Below are positions 1 through 5,720 of a stretch of DNA of 15,069 nucleotides, one piece after another. A program made the position numbers and the translations under genes. The DNA comes from a virus: positions 1-15,069 of IMG/VR virus record IMGVR_UViG_3300048080_000424, one strand, 5' to 3'. Every line of letters starts with the position of its first letter. Within the stretch, counting starts at the first letter, position 1. Below the pieces are notes generated by a model, which had not been told where the DNA came from, ran no database searches, and saw nothing but the letters and a program-made list of their open reading frames with translations.

Positions 1-127
1 TAAGGCGTTGGTGCTTGAGCGCTTCGGCATGGCGACCGAGTCGTCGCGTGAGCAGCACGTCGTTGCGCGCGTCGATATGCTGGTCGACTGGACAGTGGTT
101 GGCGAATCGTTCTGCGGCCGGTCGACC
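1..127. repeat. Terminal direct repeat, copy 1 (exact duplicate of 14943-15069); closure overlap
   Basis: Base-by-base comparison shows 1-127 (taaggcgttggtgcttgagc...ctgcggccggtcgacc) identical to 14943-15069. Unique unit length is 14,942 bp. Confidence 0.95.
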
Positions 128-238
128 TTCGTGCACGCGGTCGATCCGTTCGAGCGCAAGGGCCGCGAGGTGCGCTTCTGTCGTTTCTGTTCGAAGTGGG
201 GGCGCGTTGAGGTCTTTGCGTCCGGGGGCCGACGGTAG
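1..238 (+). CDS. 3' part of an 80-aa hypothetical ORF that spans the closure point (start ATG at 14938)
   Basis: The frame is continuous across the junction (ATG GCT AAG GCG TTG GTG ...) and ends at TAG 236-238. Third codon positions are mostly G/C and the composition is protein-like (MAKALVLERFGMATESSREQHVVARVDMLVDW...FCRFCSKWG). Its ATG overlaps the stop of the upstream ORF (ATGGCTAA). Position 1 is the third base of codon 2. Confidence 0.6.
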   Translation, partial: KALVLERFGMATESSREQHVVARVDMLVDWTVVGESFCGRSTFVHAVDPFERKGREVRFCRFCSKWGRVEVFASGGRR

Positions 239-242
239 AAGT

Positions 243-1121
243 ATGGGCGGACGCCGGCGGCAGCAGCTCGCGACCGTGGAGGTCATGGAGAAGTTCATCG
301 CGAGTAGGCGCGCGAAGAATCCGGGGTGTGATTCGTACGAACGGGCGCTGCGCTACTGCATCGGGAAGCTCGTTGCGGCGCACGAGTTCCTGCCGGATCG
401 GGTTGAGGACGTCGAGGCGGTGCTGGCGTCGATGAATGTGGGAGACGAGACGCACTACGACGTCTGGTTGGTGTTCCGGCGGATGTACGCGTGGGCGGCG
501 CGGCGGCTGGACGTGGTCGATGCTGCGTGCGAGATCGAGCGTCCGCGGCGCGACAAGCTGCGCGTGTTTCGCACGATCGAACAGGTTGATCTCGATCGTG
601 TGTTGTGGGTGAATCAGCGGCGCGTGAGGGACTACGCGATGCTCTTGGTTCTGGCCGATTGCGGCGCGCGGATTGGCGAGCTGCAGACGTTGACGGCGGA
701 ACGCGTGCAGCCCGGCTATCTAGTGTTGGAGGGCAAGACGGGGAAGCGCGAGGTGCCGATTCTCTCGAAGACGTTTGGTGCGCTTTCGCGGCTGCCGCAT
801 GGGTTGTGGGAGGCGCGTGATGGTGGGGAACTGGGTCTGGACGGCGCGAAGCGGGCTGTTCGCCGCGCTCTTGCGCGTGGTGGTGTTCGTGGTGGGCCGC
901 ACCTGCTGCGTCATACGTTTGGCCGGCTGTACATCAAGCGTGGTGGCGACGTGTTCTCTTTGCAGCGAATTATGGGGCACCGGCGGATCGAAACGACGAT
1001 GCGCTACGTGTACATGGACTTGCGGGACGTGAGCGAACAGCACCGGAAGTTCTCGCCGGTGGCCGGTGTGCACGAGGGCCGGCAGCTGTCGATGATGGAT
1101 GAGATGGAGGAGGTGGTCTAG
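243..1121 (+). CDS. int: Tyrosine recombinase / phage integrase
   Basis: ATG 243 lies 4 nt after the upstream TAG; an alternative ATG at 285 sits just behind GGAGG. The catalytic pattern occurs in the expected order: R in LADCGARIGEL, K in EGKTGKREVP, HLLRHTF (H-x-x-R), MGHRRIETT, and the Tyr in TTMRYVY. The 15-242 part of the tracked ORF overlaps the upstream gene out of frame and is R/S-rich shadow. Confidence 0.9.
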   Translation: MGGRRRQQLATVEVMEKFIASRRAKNPGCDSYERALRYCIGKLVAAHEFLPDRVEDVEAVLASMNVGDETHYDVWLVFRRMYAWAARRLDVVDAACEIERPRRDKLRVFRTIEQVDLDRVLWVNQRRVRDYAMLLVLADCGARIGELQTLTAERVQPGYLVLEGKTGKREVPILSKTFGALSRLPHGLWEARDGGELGLDGAKRAVRRALARGGVRGGPHLLRHTFGRLYIKRGGDVFSLQRIMGHRRIETTMRYVYMDLRDVSEQHRKFSPVAGVHEGRQLSMMDEMEEVV

Positions 1122-1361
1122 GTGGGGATGTCGTCTGGGGAGGTGCGGCTCGTCGCGTCGAGCAAGGCGGCGCCCGATCCGTTCGTGTCCGGCTCCGGCT
1201 GCTGGTGCCTGTCGTGCGGCTGTACGGACCGGCATGCGTGCGCTGCCGGGTGTCGCTGGCTCTGGTCGGACGTCGTTGTTGGCGTCGGTCTGTGTTCGAG
1301 TTGTGAGGAGTGGTTGGATGTCTACCCGCCTGCCGCTGCGCTGTCGCGCGTGCGGGGTTGA
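1122..1361 (+). CDS. Small cysteine-rich protein (8 Cys; GCWCLSCGCTDRHACAAGCRWLW...LCSSCEEW)
   Basis: GTG 1122 directly follows the int stop and lies 8 nt after AGGAGG (1108-1113); an alternative ATG is at 1128. Third positions are G/C-rich. The C-x-C-x2-C-G-C-T-D...A-C...G-C-x-W...L-C-S-x-C pattern looks like a metal-binding module that I recall from other phage/plasmid small proteins (not verified). Confidence 0.55.
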   Translation: MGMSSGEVRLVASSKAAPDPFVSGSGCWCLSCGCTDRHACAAGCRWLWSDVVVGVGLCSSCEEWLDVYPPAAALSRVRG

Positions 1362-1551
1362 GATCCGTTTCGAGACGCTGGAGTCGGGCCGGAAGCGGCC
1401 GTACGAAGTGGCGACCGGGAGGAATCATTTCGAGGTGTGCTCAGCTGCGGCGGCGTTCCGCAAGGGCTGGAGGCCTGCGGCGCTGCCCGCTGTAAACAAG
1501 CCGCGCGAGGGTGCGCAGTTGTCGATGGATATGGAGGCGCTGGATGATTAG
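1318..1551 (+). CDS. Small zinc-finger-like protein (C-x2-C ... H-x3-C)
   Basis: ATG 1318 lies 7 nt after GAGGAG (1305-1310). The protein is MSTRLPLRCRACGVEIRFETLESGRKRPYEVATGRNHFEVCSAA.... It overlaps the upstream ORF by 44 nt in another frame. Confidence 0.5.
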   Translation: MSTRLPLRCRACGVEIRFETLESGRKRPYEVATGRNHFEVCSAAAAFRKGWRPAALPAVNKPREGAQLSMDMEALDD

Positions 1552-1762
1552 TGGGAGTTGCTTGTTTCGGGTGGTGTCGGTGGCGGGCACGAAGACGAAG
1601 CCGAAGAACAAAGACGGGATGGCGTTCGCGACGGTGAGCCTACGCGTGCCGCTGGATGAGGAGGGCATCGAAGCGTTGTCGTGGCTGCATCAGGCAGAGA
1701 TCGACGGCGACGCGTTGGACGTGAAGATCGAGCCTACGGGCGCGAAGCGGCGGGCGGGGTGA
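1544..1762 (+). CDS. Hypothetical protein (72 aa)
   Basis: ATG 1544 overlaps the upstream stop (ATGATTAG). The product is MISGSCLFRVVSVAGTKTKPKNKDGMAFATVSLRVPLDEEGIEALSWLHQAEIDGDALDVKIEP.... The start is uncertain; an internal ATG lies near 1619. Confidence 0.45.
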   Translation: MISGSCLFRVVSVAGTKTKPKNKDGMAFATVSLRVPLDEEGIEALSWLHQAEIDGDALDVKIEPTGAKRRAG

Positions 1763-2007
1763 TGCCCGGGCTGCCGTGGTGGTGGCCGCTGGTCGCGGCG
1801 TGCGCGTGGTGGGGTCTGACGGGCTTCTACCTGGGCGTGCTGGCCGGCCAACGGTGGGACGCGCGCGGCTGGCTGTCTGGGTCGATGCGGCGGCGGTGGC
1901 GACGGTTCCGGGACGTCGCGCGGGTGGAGGGTGAGGCGCGTGTTGGCGCTGATTTCCGCTACCGATTCGCGGTCCGGCGGAAGCGACGAGGCGACCTTCG
2001 GGGCTGA
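1762..2007 (+). CDS. Small membrane protein (81 aa, one N-terminal TM helix, basic tail)
   Basis: ATG 1762 shares one base with the upstream TGA (TGATG). The sequence is MPGLPWWWPLVAACAWWGLTGFYLGVLAG followed by an R-rich tail. It is the last gene of the plus-strand unit. Confidence 0.5.
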   Translation: MPGLPWWWPLVAACAWWGLTGFYLGVLAGQRWDARGWLSGSMRRRWRRFRDVARVEGEARVGADFRYRFAVRRKRRGDLRG

Positions 2008-2040
2008 TTTTCGTCTAAAAATATGCCAATAAAAAAGTGA
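2008..2040. other. AT-rich island at the convergence point of the two transcription units
   Basis: attttcgtctaaaaatatgccaataaaaaagtga is by eye the most AT-rich stretch of the replicon. It reads TTTTTTATTGGCATATTTTT on the minus strand. The function is unknown; it could be a terminator T-tract, a DNA-unwinding element or a host-factor site. Confidence 0.35.
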
Positions 2041-2115
2041 GTGAAGGCCTCGGGCGGCGCGCAGCGGCGCGTCCTGCCGACGTCCTGGTGCAGCCTGAAG
2101 CGTGGCTTCGCGGCG

Positions 2116-2147
2116 ATAACGAAAGCGCCCGGGGCTGACCCGAGCGC
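2116..2147 (-). terminator. Probable intrinsic terminator of the minus-strand unit
   Basis: On the minus strand, GCGCUCGGG-UCAGC-CCCGGGCGC forms a 9-bp stem with one G-U pair (2125-2147). It is followed by UUUCGUUAU and starts 26 nt after the stop at 2173. Confidence 0.5.
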
Positions 2148-2172
2148 CTTCGCTGTTGGAGCGTGACGACCG

Positions 2173-2778
2173 TTACGATGCCTTCTTCGTTGACCAGTCG
2201 CAGTAGACGCCTTCGCCGAGCTTCTCTGGGCAGTACACGCCGGAGTGGTGCTTCGACTGCTTCGCCCGTCCGTGAACGGGACACTTGGCGTTGTCGACGT
2301 TGACGGGCGTGGCTTGTGGTTCGGCTACGGGCTCAGGGCGGAGCGGTGTTGGTGGTGGCGGCGCCGTGTTCGCCGCGCGCGCCGTCTCCTTCTTCGTCTG
2401 TGCTGCCTGTCCCCATGCGGGCCGGAACAGGTCAACGTAGCGCGTGCCGGCCGCGAACGTTACGTACTGGTCGAGGTTGCTGCGCGTCTCGTCCGGCTGT
2501 TCGTCGAACTTCGAGATCGACACGTTGAACAGCCCGGCGCGCGCGCACCAAACGACGAGTTCGTCAGGCATCTGTATCAGGTCGAGCGTCCGGTTGTTGC
2601 GCTGGATGAACCGTGCTCCGGTCCCAGTGGTCGAACCGTCGAGCTGGTCGAGCTTCTCTGAGTCGAGATATTCTTCGAGCTCGCTCTTGCACGCTTCGAG
2701 GGCCTTCTTCGACCGAACGTAGGTGCCGAGGTGGATGAGGGCGCTGGTGATCATTGCTTGTGCTTCTTGCTCCTTCAC
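2173..2778 (-). CDS. Hypothetical protein (201 aa) with helical N-terminal half and C-terminal Cys/His zinc-ribbon-like motif
   Basis: GTG 2778 lies 10 nt after GAGGAG. Composition is protein-like and third positions are G/C-rich. The C-terminus is KCPVHGRAKQSKHHSGVYCPEKLGEGVYCDW. The N-terminal half (LEACKSELEEYLDSEKLDQLDG...ARFIQRNNRTLDLIQMPDELV) vaguely recalls Gp157/Gam-like phage proteins, which is a weak memory-based impression only. Confidence 0.65.
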   Translation of the reverse strand: MKEQEAQAMITSALIHLGTYVRSKKALEACKSELEEYLDSEKLDQLDGSTTGTGARFIQRNNRTLDLIQMPDELVVWCARAGLFNVSISKFDEQPDETRSNLDQYVTFAAGTRYVDLFRPAWGQAAQTKKETARAANTAPPPPTPLRPEPVAEPQATPVNVDNAKCPVHGRAKQSKHHSGVYCPEKLGEGVYCDWSTKKAS

Positions 2779-2872
2779 GTTTCTGCTGCTCCTCTCGAAT
2801 GGCCGCGAAGTGTGCGGCGATGATGGCTGCGATCGTGATGACGAACATGATTACGCTGGCGTCGGTGAGCAT
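2564..2872 (-). CDS. Possible small membrane protein; only the first ~31 codons are unique, the rest overlaps the next gene out of frame
   Basis: ATG 2872 shares one base with the upstream TGA (TGATG) and follows GAAGGAAGGAG. The N-terminus MLTDASVIMFVITIAAIIAAHFAAI is a clean TM helix. From 2778 downwards the frame runs through the 201-aa gene and becomes R/P-rich shadow-like sequence. Confidence 0.35.
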   Translation of the reverse strand: MLTDASVIMFVITIAAIIAAHFAAIREEQQKREGARSTSNDHQRPHPPRHLRSVEEGPRSVQERARRISRLREARPARRFDHWDRSTVHPAQQPDARPDTDA

Positions 2873-3012
2873 CACTCCTTCCTTCTGCGCAGGTTGAGCA
2901 TCTGGCCGATCTCTTCGACGGTTTTATTGAGCGCTGCCCAGCAGCGCGAGCACCACGGAAAGCCGGTTTTGATGGTGGTGGCTTGGCGGCCGCAGACGCA
3001 GTTGAGTTTCAT
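2872..3012 (-). CDS. Small zinc-ribbon-like protein (46 aa; C-x-C ... C-x2-C)
   Basis: ATG 3012 lies 8 nt after AAAGGA and overlaps the upstream stop (ATGA). The product is MKLNCVCGRQATTIKTGFPWCSRCWAALNKTVEEIGQMLNLRRRKE. Confidence 0.55.
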   Translation of the reverse strand: MKLNCVCGRQATTIKTGFPWCSRCWAALNKTVEEIGQMLNLRRRKE

Positions 3013-3227
3013 GCTGCTGTCCTTTCTGTGAGCGCGAGCGCGAGCTGTTGTTTGGGGTGTTGCAGCGCGCCGAGCACCGTGCAGGCGTGCGAGACGCGAC
3101 ACGGACCGACCGCCCGCCCGGCCACCGTGACGCCGGCGAAGCAGGGCGCGCACCAGCGGCGGAGCGACGCGAGCGGCACCGCGAAGCGGTGACAGCACGC
3201 GCACGGACGGAAGAACGCCGACGCCAC
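3009..3227 (-). CDS. Small cysteine-rich protein (72 aa, 7 Cys)
   Basis: GTG 3227 lies 1 nt after the TAG of the upstream ORF, and the stop overlaps the next ATG (ATGA). The product is VASAFFRPCACCHRFAVPLASLRRWCAPCFAGVTVAGRAVGPCRVSHACTVLG.... Third positions are almost all G/C. This is only the last 72 codons of the 344-aa tracked ORF. Confidence 0.45.
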   Translation of the reverse strand: MASAFFRPCACCHRFAVPLASLRRWCAPCFAGVTVAGRAVGPCRVSHACTVLGALQHPKQQLALALTERTAA

Positions 3228-3228
3228 G

Positions 3229-3525
3229 CTATGCCGCTGGTGGGAGCGCGCAGCCGGAGCAGCGCGTGCTAAGGCAGGACGGGCAGAGACCGGCGACCGC
3301 GACTTGTGCCGAGCGCAGCGCTGCGGCCGCCGGTGGGAGGCCGGCGGTGGCGGCGCGAAGGCCGCCGACCAGCCGGCACACGGAACACACGCCGGACGCC
3401 AGGTACGGCGACGGGGAGCCGCAGCGGACGCACGGCGAGAGCGGGAGACAGAGCCAGCAGCCGGAACCGCGACAGTGGGCACAGGCCCGAAGACAGACAG
3501 CGCAGGTGCAGGAGGTGAGTGCCAT
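3229..3525 (-). CDS. Cysteine-rich protein (98 aa, 15 Cys, seven C-x-x-C pairs)
   Basis: An internal ATG at 3525 is preceded by GAAAGGGG about 9 nt upstream. The product is MALTSCTCAVCLRACAHCRGSGCWLCLPLSPCVRCGSPSPYLASGVCSVCRLVGG...GLCPSCLSTRCSGCALPPAA. It includes one exact DnaJ-type C-x-x-C-x-G-x-G (CAHCRGSG). Third positions are G/C-rich. Confidence 0.5.
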   Translation of the reverse strand: MALTSCTCAVCLRACAHCRGSGCWLCLPLSPCVRCGSPSPYLASGVCSVCRLVGGLRAATAGLPPAAAALRSAQVAVAGLCPSCLSTRCSGCALPPAA

Positions 3526-4331
3526 GTGGGAGACCCCTTTCTGGATTGCAACCCCCGCCCCCGGACGGGGACGGCGAGCGCGTGGGCGACAGGGCCGGCG
3601 CACGCGAGCGCGGCGTCGGAACGCCGGTCGGCGTGTAGCGCGCGCGTGCCCGAAGCGCGCCGAAGGGGGGCGCAGGGCCGCGTATAATTAGCCCTGTGCC
3701 CGCGCGTGTAGCCGGACCCCCGAAGGGCGGGAAATGTGAGGGCGCGACTCGTGGGCGCGCTACCTGGTGAGCGGCGCGACGGCGCGTGAGCCGAGCCCGA
3801 GCCACGGCCACCTTTGCGGTTTAAGGGCTGTGCCGACCGCCAACAGGAGGTGCCTGTGGGGCGGGTGAGGCGAGCGAAAGAGGGGAACGAAGGGTGTTTG
3901 ATTGGGTTCAGTCGTTCCGTGGCGGTGAGCGCGCCTGAGAGCGGGCTGGGGGCACGCGAAAGGGGCGCCTGCGTACGCGGGTGAGCCGTACGACGCCGAC
4001 GTGCGCCGTGAGGCGTCGAGCGACGGGGGCCGCCGCCGGCCACAATGGTTCCCCGCTGAGAGAAGGGCCAGGCGGCGGGCCGGAGCGAAGGTCGCGGCGG
4101 CGTGGTGCGGCGGGTGAGGGTGGACCTGGGCCGGTGGGTGTGCAGACGGAGGCCCGCGAGCGCGTGCGCGCGCCGGTGGTGTGCCTGCCCGTGGGCGGCG
4201 CGAGCCGCCGAGGTGCGAGGTGGAGGCGTGGCGCTGAAGCCATACCCCTGAGTGGAGCGTCTGGGCCTGCTGGTGGTGGGTGTACGGGGTGGCCGTGGTT
4301 GTGCGAAGGCGCGCGAGGCAGGGGCCGGTGG
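3526..4331. other. 805-bp ORF-poor, G-rich (plus strand), hairpin-rich gap downstream of terL; function unknown (pac/cos, ori, ncRNA or decayed gene)
   Basis: No ORF here combines a start codon with protein-like composition. There are many short stable hairpins and recurring GTGAG / CGAAGG motifs. Details are given in the findings. Confidence 0.5.
3668..3701. promoter_or_regulatory. 11-bp stem displaying an AT-rich loop that contains a perfect TATAAT (plus strand, 3683-3688)
   Basis: GGGCGCAGGGC (3668-3678) pairs with GCCCTGTGCCC (3691-3701) with one G-T pair. The loop is cgcgTATAATta. This is the only AT-rich island in the gap. Confidence 0.4.
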
Positions 4332-5720
4332 TCAGCGTCCGCGGGCGACGCGGTGTTCGTGCTGCTGGGCGGCGTGGTTGGTGAGCGCCAACGAGATGAG
4401 GTAGTCGTCGTGTCCTTCGCTCGGGTCGAGGTAGAAGTTCATGAAGCCGCCGGGCAGGTAGTCGGCGCGCGCGAGTCGGAGTTCGCTCCAGAGTGTGCGC
4501 GACGCGTCGTCGGCTTCGTCGAGTTCGAAGAGCTTGAGGTGCCCGGTGATGGCGGCCTGCTGGAGGTCGAAGCCGAGTAGCGATTTCGAGGGGCGGGTGA
4601 ACTTCACGGCGTTGATGGTGGTGCGCTGGTGCACGCCGCGTGCGAGCAGAGCTGCGGTGGTTTCGCCGATGCCGGTCGCGTCGATGGTGAGCGTGTCGGG
4701 TCGCCACACGTCGTTGATGATGGAGAGGAGTTGGGGGATGAGGATGGCGTGGTCGGTGCCTTGCCACGAGAGCGCCTGTAAGACGGCGACGTGGTTCTGG
4801 GGGACGGGCTCGGCCTTTGTTGGGTGGGTGACGGCGGCGAAGGTGAGGACGGTACGGTCGTGGGCTTCGGGTCGGTCGTCGTCGCCGCCGGCGATGTCGA
4901 GACCGGCGACGATGCGAGCGGTGGGCGGGCGCGTGTCGCGCCGTGGCCAGTCGCCGCGCAGCTGTTCGAGCACGGTGGCGCTGAACAAGCGGCCCTTGCC
5001 GGGCAGTTGCTGCATTTCGTACTGCGTCGTGAACATGGGGTGGGTGGGGCCGAGACGAGCGCGTTCGGCTTCGACGTAGGTGCGGTACGTGGGGAGGTGG
5101 GTAGCGACGATGGTCCAGGGCACGATGAAGGAGCGCTGGATGCCGTCGCGCTGTTGCGCGCGCTGCGCGGCTGCGCGTTCGCGTCCGAGTAGGTCGAGCT
5201 CGGACCAAGGTGTGCCGTAGAGGATGGTCGTGGCGTTGTTGGCGGCGGCGAAGGGTTTGATTTCCTTGTCGTACTTGTCGATGGCGACGTCCTGTGCTTC
5301 GTCGATTTCAAGGAGCGGGTGTGCGGTGTGGCCGACGATGTTGGCCGAGGGTTCGGCGCTGAGGAAGGTGACGCGTGCGTCACCGACGCGGATGATGCGG
5401 CCGTCTTCGACGGCGTAGGGGACGTTGCCGGCGCGGAGGATGTCGCGCAGGCGGTCGCGCGAGAGCTTGACCTGGGGGTCGAGGGTGGGCGCGACCTTGA
5501 TGCAGTTGATGGGTGTGGGTGGTAGTGCGAGGTGGGGGTGGTGTTGTTGGAGGAGTACGGTCGCTTCGAGTGTGGCGCTGGTCTGGTTCTTGCCGGACTG
5601 GCGCGCCATTTCGAGGGTGAAGGTGAGGCCGAGGCCGAACTGTACCGAGTCGATGATGGCACGGGCGGGGGCGAGTTGGTAGGGCCGGAGCGGTGGGATG
5701 CCGCCGCCGTTGCTGGTCAC
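4332..5720 (-). CDS. terL: Terminase large subunit
   Basis: The product is 462 aa. It has a Walker A-like MARQSGKNQTS, a Walker B-like PLLEIDEAQD and a coupling-like ILYGTP. Nuclease-domain acidic motifs are VAGLDIAGGDD, TIDATGIGE and GHDDYLISLAL. The GTG start overlaps the portal stop (GTGA). Confidence 0.9.
   Translation of the reverse strand: MTSNGGGIPPLRPYQLAPARAIIDSVQFGLGLTFTLEMARQSGKNQTSATLEATVLLQQHHPHLALPPTPINCIKVAPTLDPQVKLSRDRLRDILRAGNVPYAVEDGRIIRVGDARVTFLSAEPSANIVGHTAHPLLEIDEAQDVAIDKYDKEIKPFAAANNATTILYGTPWSELDLLGRERAAAQRAQQRDGIQRSFIVPWTIVATHLPTYRTYVEAERARLGPTHPMFTTQYEMQQLPGKGRLFSATVLEQLRGDWPRRDTRPPTARIVAGLDIAGGDDDRPEAHDRTVLTFAAVTHPTKAEPVPQNHVAVLQALSWQGTDHAILIPQLLSIINDVWRPDTLTIDATGIGETTAALLARGVHQRTTINAVKFTRPSKSLLGFDLQQAAITGHLKLFELDEADDASRTLWSELRLARADYLPGGFMNFYLDPSEGHDDYLISLALTNHAAQQHEHRVARGR

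Noticed and set aside
1-127. The 127-bp end duplication as LTR/TIR of a transposon or as a physical direct terminal repeat of the virion DNA
   Set aside because: It is a direct repeat lying inside a coding region, with an ORF continuous across the join, and its length equals a common assembler k-mer. Assembly closure of a circle is the simplest reading. A true short DTR cannot be excluded without read-terminus data.
15-242. Integrase starting at position 15 (368-aa version)
   Set aside because: The first 76 codons overlap the better-looking 80-aa ORF in another frame and are R/S-rich. ATG 243 follows that ORF's stop by 4 nt.
3856-3984. 42-codon plus-strand ORF starting GTG 3856, 5 nt after a perfect AGGAGG (3845-3850)
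   Set aside because: The SD-like sequence is part of a local hairpin (CAGG-aggtg-CCTG). The product (VGRVRRAKEGNEGCLIGFSRSV...) has no features and weak third-position bias. It would be antisense within an otherwise minus-strand operon.
3977-4020. GAGCCGTAC... resembling the 5' strand of a group II intron domain V, with GTGCG nearby
   Set aside because: There is no complementary ACGTACGGTTC-type 3' strand, no bulged 34-nt hairpin, no other intron domains and no reverse transcriptase ORF.
3009-4043. 344-aa minus-strand ORF spanning most of the gap
   Set aside because: The composition (R/A/P/S-rich) is not protein-like except in the last 72 codons. Those 72 codons are annotated separately from GTG 3227.
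4112-4138. Canonical G-quadruplex motif GGGTGAGGGTGGACCTGGGCCGGTGGG on the plus strand
   Set aside because: Such motifs are frequent in G-rich, GC-rich DNA and there is no supporting context. It is noted only as a possible contributor to the structure of the gap.
3266-4580. Plus-strand ORFs 3266-3691, 3304-3687, 3306-3518 and 3981-4580
   Set aside because: They are G/R/A-rich shadow translations antisense to credible minus-strand genes or lying in the gap. They have no SD and no recognisable motifs.
3760-5208. 482-aa minus-strand ORF overlapping terL in the -1 frame and staying open for about 190 codons past the terL stop, with fairly G/C-rich third positions in 3760-4331
   Set aside because: There is no in-frame ATG/GTG/TTG near the terL stop, and I see no slippery heptamer at the terL 3' end for a -1 frameshift. 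The product is P/R/H/T/A-rich low complexity, and second positions are also very GC-rich. Long open off-frames are expected in GC-rich DNA. A conserved frame in relatives, or peptide evidence for a TerL extension, would revive it.
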